Counted from the first letter of the stretch, positions 10,043 to 22,549 are shown. The stretch is 64,000 bases of DNA from Pelagibacteraceae bacterium AG-439-F23 (GCA_003212415.1 QCPT01000003.1:3085-67084); one strand, 5' to 3'. Notes: generated by a model from the sequence alone, not told the origin. Translations and numbers: made by a program.

Positions 10043-12249
10043 TAAAAAACTTTATTTAATGATATTTTGGCATTTTGACTTCTGTTTTCATAAAGTAGAT
10101 CACTATCAATATTGAACTTTAGATCAAATCCTCTTACTTTTTTTACAATATTAAAACCTGCCTTAATATTTTCACTACCATTTATAGATAAGGCATATTC
10201 TGTTTCACTCTTCGGAACCCATCCTGCGATAAAGTTTAAATTATCTGTATGGCCACTTCCATTTGCATAATCTATTTCATAATTTAAAATTACTGACCAG
10301 CCAGTAACTGTAGATAAATCAAATCCTAGGCCTGCATTATAATTATGGGTAGATTGATTTCCTATTCTTATAAAATGATCTGTGCTTGGAGTTCCCACAT
10401 ATGAAACATTTGTGTTAGTTGATGGACTAAAATCTGCAGTATATTCTAAACGAGCCATAGGTTTTAATACATTGCCATTATTAAATTTTTTCGTTTTATC
10501 AACTAACATTCCTAAAGAAGCAAAACCTTTTGGAATTTGATGTTTTTCATATATCAATGCATCATTGCTTCCGCTTTCTTGAAAAGTGTTTAATTCAGTA
10601 AAACCAAAATCAAATTTTGCAGTTGGATTTATGTTAATATTTTTTTTATTGTATACTTTATTTAATTTAATCGATCCAAAAGCTTGTTTACCAGCCCTTT
10701 TTCCGCTTAAATTAACAGAATTTTTTTTCCTTAAGTGATAAGTTTTCAATGTACTTAAACCTAACGCTGCATCTAAAAAACGTCCATCTTCATGAGGTAT
10801 TGTTCCATAAAAAACTAAACTATAATTATCAGTATCCAATATAGCTGCAGAATTACCAATATCGGCACTATCTCTTCCAAATTGAAGTGCATAACCATAC
10901 ATTTTATTCTCACTTGCTTTTTTATCTGCACCAATTGTTATGCCGTTCGTATCTAACTCTTTTCTTGAAGAACCTGAAGTTGCTTCTATATCACCTATGC
11001 TAATTTGTCCTTCACTCCAAAAAAACCAATCACCTTTTTGCTTTTCATTTGTTGAACTTTCTTTATTTGCTATGGGTATTACTTTAGATAATGAAGCAAG
11101 CATTTCGTTAGAAAAGTTAAATTGTATATTTTGATTTGTTAAATTATCTTCTTTTCTATGTCTTCTTAACCATTCAAGACGATGCATAACTGGTTTAATG
11201 TTATTCTTCATAACTCTTTTGGACATTTCGGTGTAAGATTCTATAACTCCAATCAGATCTTTATCTGATCCAGAAACTGGGTTTAAGCAATTAACTATTC
11301 CATAAGGACAATCTAGATCGTATTCCAAAACTCTACTGTTGGAAGTGCTGTTATATCTAGAATATGTAAAATAAACTTTACTCCCATCGCCATTAAATGC
11401 TAGCGATCTAGGTGTTGACGTAGTTGTAGATGTTAACTCTTCATGCTTTGTCTTCATGCCATTAAAAGTGCCTTCTACAGTAATTGTTGAACTTAAATCA
11501 AATCCATTTGACAAAGAGTATTGAACAACTTTTTTATCTGAAGTATCTATTAAAAATAATGCTGTCCCATCTTTACTAAATGTTATACCGGCTGGATCAT
11601 AATCGCTAATGCTTAAATATATTCCACTATAGGACGCTGTACTAAGATCAAATTCAGTTGATAAATTAATTTCAAAAATTTTATCGACCGTTTCATTTGC
11701 TACAAATAATTTTGAACCATCGCTATTAAATGCTATTCCGCTAGCATTTTCTGCTGAACTGTCAATTCCTGAAATTCCATTAATATTTATTCCTTCGCTT
11801 CCAGAAATTGTTTCAGCTGAATCTATATCATATGCAGTTGTTAAATTTAATTCACAAATATCATTTGCTGAATTTGATGCAGTATTTGAAATAAATATTC
11901 TCGTCCCATCATTATTAAAAATTACATCTAAAGGTTGTTTAAAATTACTGCTTCCACAATTTGTCCCTCTTACAGCTACAACACTGGACTGGGAAGCTGT
12001 GGAAATATCAAAAGCTGTAGTTAATGTAAATTCAAAAACTTTGTCGCTACCATCAACACCAGACCATGAATTTATTCTCGAGGCTCCTGTATACATCTTG
12101 GTACCGTCTGAGTTAAACATTATACCAGTCGTCATCTTCTGGCTGTTAGTATTTAAAATTCGTACGTAGGTGGCTTCTGCATAAGAGTTTGAAGCAACTA
12201 AAAAGATTAAAATTAAAATTTTAAAAAATACTTTAATTAAAAAACTCAT
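10042..12249 (-). CDS. Autotransporter-like outer membrane protein with beta-propeller-repeat passenger
   Basis: Signal peptide; five FxxDG(T/S)xx(F/Y) repeats; autotransporter barrel motifs (FWSEGQISIG, GITIGAD, PMARLEYTADF); C-terminal Phe. Confidence 0.85.
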   Translation of the reverse strand: MSFLIKVFFKILILIFLVASNSYAEATYVRILNTNSQKMTTGIMFNSDGTKMYTGASRINSWSGVDGSDKVFEFTLTTAFDISTASQSSVVAVRGTNCGSSNFKQPLDVIFNNDGTRIFISNTASNSANDICELNLTTAYDIDSAETISGSEGININGISGIDSSAENASGIAFNSDGSKLFVANETVDKIFEINLSTEFDLSTASYSGIYLSISDYDPAGITFSKDGTALFLIDTSDKKVVQYSLSNGFDLSSTITVEGTFNGMKTKHEELTSTTTSTPRSLAFNGDGSKVYFTYSRYNSTSNSRVLEYDLDCPYGIVNCLNPVSGSDKDLIGVIESYTEMSKRVMKNNIKPVMHRLEWLRRHRKEDNLTNQNIQFNFSNEMLASLSKVIPIANKESSTNEKQKGDWFFWSEGQISIGDIEATSGSSRKELDTNGITIGADKKASENKMYGYALQFGRDSADIGNSAAILDTDNYSLVFYGTIPHEDGRFLDAALGLSTLKTYHLRKKNSVNLSGKRAGKQAFGSIKLNKVYNKKNININPTAKFDFGFTELNTFQESGSNDALIYEKHQIPKGFASLGMLVDKTKKFNNGNVLKPMARLEYTADFSPSTNTNVSYVGTPSTDHFIRIGNQSTHNYNAGLGFDLSTVTGWSVILNYEIDYANGSGHTDNLNFIAGWVPKSETEYALSINGSENIKAGFNIVKKVRGFDLKFNIDSDLLYENRSQNAKISLNKVF

Positions 12250-13007
12250 AACAATAAGATTAAAAACTTATCTTTAAATACTATAAATATTAATGTTGCA
12301 ATAATTATATGGGGTCCAAAAGGTATTTGAGAACTTAGTTTTTTTGATTTTTTTAATAAATCTGGAATAACAATTATTAAAGCTATTGCCGATGAAAAAA
12401 AAATAATAAATGGAATTGAAACCCAGCCAAACCAAAAACCAATAACTGCTAAAAGTTTTGCATCACCTAATCCCATTCCCTCTTTATTTCTTATTTTTTT
12501 ATAGAACAAAATAATAGTCCAAATTATTAAGTAGCCAAATATTCCTCCTATTAAAGAATTAATATAATTTGGAAAAATTGGATTTAAATTTGGATCAAAA
12601 GATTTAACAAAGCCTAAAACCATCATTGGAAAAGTTAAAATATTTGGAATTATATAATGCTTAAGATCAATAAAAAAAATTATTAGAAATGACAAAAATA
12701 ATATCATTAATAAAATTGATGTAAGAGATATTCCAAAAAAATAATAAATAATCAAAAAAGAAATAGCACTTATTGTTTCAACTAATAAGTATTGAGACGA
12801 AATTTCTTTTTTACATTTGCTGCATTTTCCATCAAGAATTAAATAGGATAGGATGGGTATATTTTCATACCAAAATATTTTTTTTTTACACTTTGGACAA
12901 AATGATCTTCCTTTAACAACTCCCCCTTTTAAAGGCAGTCTATAAATGCAAACATTTGCAAAACTTCCCCACAAGGATCCTAGAATACCAACTAGTAAAA
13001 AATCCAC
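12246..13007 (-). CDS. pilD: Prepilin peptidase/N-methyltransferase PilD
   Basis: GSFANVCIYRLP, RSFCPKC, GKCSKC, FIDLKH, GMGLGDAKL, IPFGP; GTG start. Confidence 0.95.
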   Translation of the reverse strand: MDFLLVGILGSLWGSFANVCIYRLPLKGGVVKGRSFCPKCKKKIFWYENIPILSYLILDGKCSKCKKEISSQYLLVETISAISFLIIYYFFGISLTSILLMILFLSFLIIFFIDLKHYIIPNILTFPMMVLGFVKSFDPNLNPIFPNYINSLIGGIFGYLIIWTIILFYKKIRNKEGMGLGDAKLLAVIGFWFGWVSIPFIIFFSSAIALIIVIPDLLKKSKKLSSQIPFGPHIIIATLIFIVFKDKFLILLL

Positions 13008-13018
13008 GGAAATTTTAA

Positions 13019-13132
13019 TTATAATTTAATATTTGAAGTAATCTGAATAAATCCATCAATTACATATTGAACAAGTAAGACAGCATCTTGTAAATGTATA
13101 TAAAGACCTGGAGTATTTATGATTATTTCCAT
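13019..13132 (-). CDS. Possible 37-aa small protein
   Basis: ATG..TAA ORF MEIIINTPGLYIHLQDAVLLVQYVIDGFIQITSNIKL fills the gap and ends 11 bp before pilD; no recognisable homology. Confidence 0.4.
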   Translation of the reverse strand: MEIIINTPGLYIHLQDAVLLVQYVIDGFIQITSNIKL

Positions 13133-13177
13133 TGTTGTAATATTAATCAAAATCAGCTTAAAATACTAGATAAATAA

Positions 13178-14470
13178 ATGATATTTTTTAAAAGCAAAAA
13201 ACCAGTAATAGAAGAGAAGGATGAAAGTCTTGATGTAAATGTTGACTTAGAAATTATCACTAAAATGAATCAAGAGTTTGCTTATTCTCTTGATCTAAAT
13301 GACACATTAAAAACAGCCCTACAAGTAATTATTGCAAGAATAAATGCACAGGCTGCTAATATTTTTTTAATAAACGAAAAAAAGAAAAAATTTGAATGTA
13401 TTGCATCACTCCATCAAGATTATTTAGATGAGTATGAACTTGATCTTAAAGATGGAGTTATGGGAAAAGCTGTAGAACAAAAAAAATGTATTAGAGTTGG
13501 AAATGTTAGAAAAGACGTTCGAGAAATTGCAGAATTTTACTTTGATTTAGATAACAAAACTAACTTTACCACCTATTCAGTTTTATGCTCACCATTAATT
13601 GCTGCAAATGAATGTTTGGGAGTAATTCATTGTTTAAATAAAAAGACAGAAACTAAATTATTTATAGAGGATGATAGACAATTATTAGAAACACTTTCTT
13701 CTCCAGCGGCTATGGCAATTAGAAATGCAAAAATGGCAAAGGAAATGGTTGAAAAAAATAAAATTCAAAAAGAAGTAGAAATTGTTGGCGAAATCCAAAA
13801 ATCACTATTGTCACAAAATAAAAAAGATCCCTTCCCTATTGCTGGAATTAATATTCCTGCAAAAGTTGTTTCAGGAGATTTTTATAATTTTTCTGACTTA
13901 GGAAATGGCAAGTATGGATTTGGAGTTGCGGATGTATCTGGAAAAGGAATTAAATCTTCACTGTTAATGTCAAAAGCTTCTAGCCTCTATAGATGTTTAA
14001 GTAAAACAAATTTTTCTGCAGCCGATTTATTAATTCAATTAAATAATGAAATTTGTGAAACTATTTCAAGAGGAATGTTTGTAACAATGTTAGTTGGTAT
14101 TTATGATAGTAATAAAAAAGAAATGTTGCTAGCAAGTGCAGGGCATGAGCCGCCGATTATTCTTTCAAAAGACGGATCTTTTACAAACTATACTGAAGCA
14201 GGTCCTCCTTTAGGAATTATGCCAAAAACTAAATATAACGAACACACTATCTCTTTTGCAGATAGTTCTATGTATATTTTTACAGATGGTATTACTGAAA
14301 TAAAAAATCCAGAAGGCAAAATGTTAGAGTCGGAAGGTTTTCAAAATTATATTAAAAAATATCAAGACACTCCAAATAATGAAAGATTAAAAACAATAAT
14401 TGATGAAATTTTAAAAACAGGTCATATACAAAAAGACGACTTAACTATAGTTGTTGTTGATGGAAAGTAA
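13178..14470 (+). CDS. GAF domain + SpoIIE/PP2C phosphatase (RsbU-like)
   Basis: GAF (SVLCSPL, LGVIHCLNK, FIEDD); PP2C motifs VSGDFY, VADVSGKG, AGHEPP, FTDGITE, DDLT. Confidence 0.9.
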   Translation: MIFFKSKKPVIEEKDESLDVNVDLEIITKMNQEFAYSLDLNDTLKTALQVIIARINAQAANIFLINEKKKKFECIASLHQDYLDEYELDLKDGVMGKAVEQKKCIRVGNVRKDVREIAEFYFDLDNKTNFTTYSVLCSPLIAANECLGVIHCLNKKTETKLFIEDDRQLLETLSSPAAMAIRNAKMAKEMVEKNKIQKEVEIVGEIQKSLLSQNKKDPFPIAGINIPAKVVSGDFYNFSDLGNGKYGFGVADVSGKGIKSSLLMSKASSLYRCLSKTNFSAADLLIQLNNEICETISRGMFVTMLVGIYDSNKKEMLLASAGHEPPIILSKDGSFTNYTEAGPPLGIMPKTKYNEHTISFADSSMYIFTDGITEIKNPEGKMLESEGFQNYIKKYQDTPNNERLKTIIDEILKTGHIQKDDLTIVVVDGK

Positions 14471-14480
14471 AATTTTTTTT

Positions 14481-15455
14481 CTAATTTTTTAATAAATTCA
14501 ATATATCTTTTAATAAATTTCTTAGTTGTTGTTGATTTATAAAAAAATGTTCATTTAGTAATTTAAAATTTTTAGAGTTTTGTTTATTGTTAATCTTATA
14601 AAGTTGATTAACTTTATGTAAAAATTTTTTTTTAACTAAAAAATTTATTTTTCTTATAACTGTTGCTCTAGGTATGCCGCTAAGTTCTGATATTGTTGTT
14701 GGATTTAAGCCTTTAGAATCTTTTAATTTAGTAACATTTTCAATAAAAGTTTCACTTTTTTCAAAAAATTTAGATTTTTTTATTTCATTTAATTTTTTTG
14801 AATTCCATACTTCGTTTAATGCGCATAATCCAAAAATATAAAAGGTATCAATAGATGAAAATACATTTTTGCTTCGTAAAATATATTGTATTTGAAATTT
14901 AAAAAACAAATTCCAATATTGTGTATAATTTAATAGAATTTTTTTTTCTATTTCCTCTCTTGTCAGAGTTGTTAAATTATGATCTTTTTTTAAATTTTTA
15001 CAAAACAAATGCAGAAGCTTAGAAAGATTATAAACATTTCTTTCTAATTTTGGGTTATAATTTACTTTATTTATTCTTATACTTTTTAGTTTTCTAGTTA
15101 ATACACCGCTTGCGCTAAGTTGGTTTAATTTTCTTCTAACAGTTTCTTTTGATATTGAGAGTTCCTTCACTATATCAACAATGCTGATTTTTTCAATTTC
15201 AATATGTGAATTACTATAAAATTTTTGAAAATTGACTTTGTAAAAATGTTTATCATAAGTTTCTAAAGTTCTGTGAATTAAATAAACAAGAATTAAATAT
15301 TTTTCTAAATCTTTATATTCACCATATGCATTGTAAAACCATTCACTTTCTAAATTAAAAAATTCAAATAAAGCATTTTTTAAATTTTTTTCATATATAC
15401 TATTAATTTCTTCAATGCTTATTTGATTTGATATTCTGAATATCTGCTTATTCAT
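14481..15455 (-). CDS. Hypothetical protein with two winged-HTH-like motifs
   Basis: SIVDIVKELSISKETVRRKLNQL and NPTTISELSGIPRATVIRKINFL. Confidence 0.7.
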   Translation of the reverse strand: MNKQIFRISNQISIEEINSIYEKNLKNALFEFFNLESEWFYNAYGEYKDLEKYLILVYLIHRTLETYDKHFYKVNFQKFYSNSHIEIEKISIVDIVKELSISKETVRRKLNQLSASGVLTRKLKSIRINKVNYNPKLERNVYNLSKLLHLFCKNLKKDHNLTTLTREEIEKKILLNYTQYWNLFFKFQIQYILRSKNVFSSIDTFYIFGLCALNEVWNSKKLNEIKKSKFFEKSETFIENVTKLKDSKGLNPTTISELSGIPRATVIRKINFLVKKKFLHKVNQLYKINNKQNSKNFKLLNEHFFINQQQLRNLLKDILNLLKN

Positions 15456-15460
15456 ATAAT

Positions 15461-16591
15461 TTAATAATTAGATATTTGGTCTTGGCTATAGATTTTACAA
15501 CTCATTACTATACTTAGACCGAGCATTATCGATAACATTGAGGATCCTCCATAAGACATAATTGGTAATGGGGCCCCAACTATTGGAAGCAAACCTAAAA
15601 CCATTGCAATATTAACAAATACATAAAGAAAAATTGCTGAAGCAAAACCAAAACAATAAAGCTTAGCAAAAAAACTTCTTACGGAAAAACCAATGCTAAT
15701 TACTCGACTAATCAATAAAATATATAAAAGCATTAATATTATGGAGCCTAAAAAACCAAATTCTTCTGAGAAAAGTGTGAATATAAAATCAGTATGCTTT
15801 TCTGGTAAAAATTCTAAATAACTTTGAGTACCTTTTAAATAACCTTTTCCAAAAAAACCTCCTGAACCAATAGCAATTTTAGATTGAATAATTTGATAAC
15901 CCGCTCCAAGAGGGTCTCTATCTGGATTAAAAAAAGTCAATATTCTAGACTTTTGATAAGGCTTTAGAATAGAGACTACAAAAGGAAAAGATACCAACAG
16001 TAATAATGCAGAATAAACAAAATATTTTATATTAAGACCTGCAACCCATATTACAAAAATACCACTTCCTGCAATCAAAATTGATGTCCCAAGATCTGGC
16101 TGACTTATAACTAAATAACAAGGTATAATTATTAATATAATTGGAATTAATAAAAATCTGTAACTTTGAATATCTACACTTTGAATTCTATGATAATATC
16201 TTGCAAAGCATACGATAATTGCAATTTTCATTAATTCTGATGGTTGTAGATTTAAAAAATACAAACTAATCCATCTCTGTGAACCTGACGCAGTTATTCC
16301 AAATAACAAAACGAGTATTAATAAAAATAGGCAAAATAAATAAAATGCATATGCATTTCGATACCAAAAAGTTATTTTTACAAAGGATAAAAATAAAAAC
16401 ATTATAAAAAACGCGACCAGTCGTATTAAATGGTTTTTTGTATAGTAAGAAAACTCTCCACCTTCTGTTGAATGGATTGCAAAAACACTGATGGCACCAA
16501 TTACAATTACTATAAAAATCAAAAAATAATCAATCGATAATAGTTTATCAAAAAACGAATATTTGGATGTATGAATTCTTTCAGTTAACAT
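15461..16591 (-). CDS. rodA: Rod shape-determining protein RodA
   Basis: SEDS motifs LQPSE, QPDLGT, YQIIQSKIAIGSGG, LPEKHTDFIF, SYGGSS; follows PBP2. Confidence 0.95.
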   Translation of the reverse strand: MLTERIHTSKYSFFDKLLSIDYFLIFIVIVIGAISVFAIHSTEGGEFSYYTKNHLIRLVAFFIMFLFLSFVKITFWYRNAYAFYLFCLFLLILVLLFGITASGSQRWISLYFLNLQPSELMKIAIIVCFARYYHRIQSVDIQSYRFLLIPIILIIIPCYLVISQPDLGTSILIAGSGIFVIWVAGLNIKYFVYSALLLLVSFPFVVSILKPYQKSRILTFFNPDRDPLGAGYQIIQSKIAIGSGGFFGKGYLKGTQSYLEFLPEKHTDFIFTLFSEEFGFLGSIILMLLYILLISRVISIGFSVRSFFAKLYCFGFASAIFLYVFVNIAMVLGLLPIVGAPLPIMSYGGSSMLSIMLGLSIVMSCKIYSQDQISNY

Positions 16592-18558
16592 TATGCTAAA
16601 GTTAAATTTGCTTTTCTAATCTGCTCTCTTATTTTATGACGATCTATAATTTTTTTTATTAATTTGCTCGCAATGGGTGCTGCTGCTTTACTTCCTGATC
16701 CCCCATGTTCAATTAAAACACTAATTGAATACCTGGGATTTTTATAAGGAGCAAAGGCAATATACAATGCATGATCTCTATTCTTATATTCAATTTGAGA
16801 TTGTTTTAGATCTAGCTTTCTTTCAGCTTCTGTAATTCTTTTAACTTGTGAAGTTCCTGTTTTTCCTGCAAATTGATATTTTAGATCTTTATAACTTGAT
16901 TTATAGGACGTTCCATATTGTTCATTAGTTGACCCAAACATTGCATCTTTAACAAAATTTATATTTTTAGAGTCTTTGTAAAGTCTTTCGTAAAGCTGAA
17001 ATTCTTTTTCTTCTAAATAATCATTTTTAGTAGCACTGATATCAAGCAAACTTTCACTATTAAACTGTTTTGCAATTTTCAATTTAGTGTTTTCAAAATT
17101 AATGTTTTTGTCGTGAATAATGTGAGGTTTAATTTTGTATCCACCATTAGCTATTTGAGCAGTCATTAAACAAAGTTGTAATGGTGTTGTTTGAATATAA
17201 CCTTGGCCAATACCATTGATTACTGTTTCTCCAAGATACCAGGATTTTCCAATTGCATTTTTTTTCCATTGAGTATTTGGAACTACTCCTTTTTTTTCAT
17301 CAAAATAAATATCTTTAAGAATATTTGAACCTAACCCATATCTTTTTGCAATTATTGAAAGTTTATCTACTCCTAAAAGTCTTGCAGTTTCATAAAAATA
17401 AATATCACAAGACTGTTTAATGGCATTTCTAAGTTTCATGTAACCATGCCCATTTTTTTTCCAACAATGATACTTTACCCCATACAATTCATATGGATGC
17501 TTATGACCTTTGCATTGTATCGCTCTTTGAGGATCAATTGTTCCAAATTCTAAAGCAGCAAGTGCCACTAAAGGCTTTAAAGTTGATCCTGGTGAGTACA
17601 ATCCAGCTACTGATTTGTTAACTAGTGGTTTTAATGGATTGTCCCTGATTTCACCCCAATCTTTATGTCCAATGCCGTGAGTAAATTTATTTGGATCATA
17701 AGTTGGTGATGACGCCATAGTAATAATTTCTCCTGTATAAATATCCATTGCACAAACAGAACCAGCTTGATCTTTTATTAATTCTTGAGCAAATTTTTGT
17801 ACTTCAAGATCAATTGTTGTTTTAATCTCAATTCCTTGTGATTCTTTTATATGTTCTAATTGGCTTATTCTTTTTCCAGATGAATTAACCTCATATCTTT
17901 TAATTCCATATTTTCCAATTAATATTTTTTCATTTGAATACTCAATTCCTGATTTTCCTACTTTTAAACCTGGAACAAGATTTTCTTTGATCGCTTCCAT
18001 TCTTTCAATATCTTTTAAACTTGCCTCTCCAACATATCCTACTACATGGACCAAATCACTGCCATATGGGTAGTATCTTGAAGAAGAAACCACTGGTTTT
18101 ACTCCTTCTAATTCATGTAAATACAAATTTAATTTTGAAAATTCGTTCCAATTAATATTGTCAGAAACCACTAACGTATCCCATGGTTTTAATTTCTTTT
18201 TCTTTTTATAAATTGTTCCTATTTCATTATTACTAAGATTAATAATATTTTTAAGCCTAAATATAGTTTCGTCAAAATCTTTTATTTCATCTAAAGTTAA
18301 ATGGACTTGAAAAACACGATCATTGTCAGCTAAAATTTTATTATAATAATCAGTAATCAATCCTCTTTGGGGTGGCGTTTTCCATTCTCTTATTCTATTT
18401 TTATCAGACAAAATTTCATATTTTTCTCTATCTGAAATTTGTAAATTATATAAACGAGAAGTTATCCCTGCAAATAATAAAATTTTTGCGGTAGCTAATA
18501 TAAAAAGTCTTCTTGAAATGATTCTTCCCTTTTGTGCGTTACCTGCTCTAGTTTGCAT
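16591..18558 (-). CDS. mrdA: Penicillin-binding protein 2
   Basis: PGSTLK (SxxK), SCD, KTG; in the mre cluster. Confidence 0.95.
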   Translation of the reverse strand: MQTRAGNAQKGRIISRRLFILATAKILLFAGITSRLYNLQISDREKYEILSDKNRIREWKTPPQRGLITDYYNKILADNDRVFQVHLTLDEIKDFDETIFRLKNIINLSNNEIGTIYKKKKKLKPWDTLVVSDNINWNEFSKLNLYLHELEGVKPVVSSSRYYPYGSDLVHVVGYVGEASLKDIERMEAIKENLVPGLKVGKSGIEYSNEKILIGKYGIKRYEVNSSGKRISQLEHIKESQGIEIKTTIDLEVQKFAQELIKDQAGSVCAMDIYTGEIITMASSPTYDPNKFTHGIGHKDWGEIRDNPLKPLVNKSVAGLYSPGSTLKPLVALAALEFGTIDPQRAIQCKGHKHPYELYGVKYHCWKKNGHGYMKLRNAIKQSCDIYFYETARLLGVDKLSIIAKRYGLGSNILKDIYFDEKKGVVPNTQWKKNAIGKSWYLGETVINGIGQGYIQTTPLQLCLMTAQIANGGYKIKPHIIHDKNINFENTKLKIAKQFNSESLLDISATKNDYLEEKEFQLYERLYKDSKNINFVKDAMFGSTNEQYGTSYKSSYKDLKYQFAGKTGTSQVKRITEAERKLDLKQSQIEYKNRDHALYIAFAPYKNPRYSISVLIEHGGSGSKAAAPIASKLIKKIIDRHKIREQIRKANLTLA

Positions 18559-19072
18559 TTTCTTCTCTTAAATCAATTAATGTAATTCTATCAAATAATT
18601 TTGACATTAAAGGATAGATTAAAAATGTAATAAATGAACCAAACATTAAAGTTCCATATTTTATTGGGTAATCAAATACTAATGTTAAAATTGTATAGTT
18701 CACAGAACTAATAATCAAAATTCCAACTAAAAATAAAATCCAATCGTATAATAAATTTGGCATTAATGTTCTCGCTCTTATAAATGCAGCAATAGAACAC
18801 AATAATAAATAATTTATTGAGGAAATACCTATTGGAAAATTTTGAACAACATCATTAATTATTCCAGCTAAAAATATTAGTCCATATCCTAATCTTTCTG
18901 GTTTTTTTAATACCCAATAAAAAATTACCGCATAAATAAAATTAAAAGAATAGTTATTTTCAAATAGAAAAAAAGAGAGATCAAATCCTGTAAATGCTAA
19001 AAAAAATAAAAATAATAATGGAAAGGTATGAATAAAATTATGATATATTTTTTTTATATTGCTTTTTGTCAT
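18548..19072 (-). CDS. mreD: Rod shape-determining protein MreD
   Basis: Polytopic membrane protein (FYW, GIIND) between mreC and mrdA. Confidence 0.85.
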   Translation of the reverse strand: MTKSNIKKIYHNFIHTFPLLFLFFLAFTGFDLSFFLFENNYSFNFIYAVIFYWVLKKPERLGYGLIFLAGIINDVVQNFPIGISSINYLLLCSIAAFIRARTLMPNLLYDWILFLVGILIISSVNYTILTLVFDYPIKYGTLMFGSFITFLIYPLMSKLFDRITLIDLREENAN

Positions 19073-19075
19073 AAG

Positions 19076-19912
19076 TTATTTATTTATTTTCACATATTTT
19101 AATTGATTAAAGTCTACGAAAAATTCTACAAATAATTTTTCATCTACTGAAAAAACTTTTCCAATTGGAATGGCTTGAGGTATAATGCCATCTACACCAG
19201 ATGTGTAAACAATATCACCTTCCTTAATTTTTTTAAGTTTAGGCAAAAATTCAAGTGCAGCATAATTATCATGACCTTGACCTGACAAAATTGCATTTAT
19301 TCCGTTCGGTTCAATGATTACTGGAATTTTGCTATTAAGATCGCTAGCTAGCAATATTCTTGAAGTTAAAAAATTAACGTTAATTATTTTACCAACAAAA
19401 TAAGATTTTTCTTTTACAGCAACTCCCAATTTAATGCCGTGGTTAAAACCTTTGTTAATAATAACTGATTTTAAGTATGGACTTTGTTGATCAAGTAAAA
19501 CCTTTGATAGCAAAAATTCATTTGAATATATATTTTCTTCATCTAATAACTTTTTTAATCTTATATTTTCTGATTTATAAAATTGATTTTCATTTTTTAA
19601 ACTATCTAAAGAATAATTTTTATTTTTTAAATAATTGTAATCTTCATACATTTTAATATGTTCTTTAAAATTATAATAATTATTTTTAATAAAAACAAAT
19701 GGCTCCGATATAAAAAATGAACCTTTAAAAATTATATCTTTTGTAACCGATCTAAAAGTATGAATAGGGCCTGATTTAAAATACTCTAGAGATAAAACTA
19801 AAATTGAAATAATTAATAATGTAAATAAAGAAAACTTTTGACGCGTTCCTTTTTTTAAAAAAGCAGAACGAATAGCAATTATAAAATCATCTCTACCCGC
19901 ATCTGAAGCCAT
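19076..19912 (-). CDS. mreC: Rod shape-determining protein MreC
   Basis: TM + coiled coil (ENIRLKKLL), INKG, YTSGVDGIIP. Confidence 0.92.
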   Translation of the reverse strand: MASDAGRDDFIIAIRSAFLKKGTRQKFSLFTLLIISILVLSLEYFKSGPIHTFRSVTKDIIFKGSFFISEPFVFIKNNYYNFKEHIKMYEDYNYLKNKNYSLDSLKNENQFYKSENIRLKKLLDEENIYSNEFLLSKVLLDQQSPYLKSVIINKGFNHGIKLGVAVKEKSYFVGKIINVNFLTSRILLASDLNSKIPVIIEPNGINAILSGQGHDNYAALEFLPKLKKIKEGDIVYTSGVDGIIPQAIPIGKVFSVDEKLFVEFFVDFNQLKYVKINK

Positions 19913-19918
19913 AGTATT

Positions 19919-22533
<2,615 letters not shown>

Positions 22534-22549
22534 AAAATTATTTTTAGCT

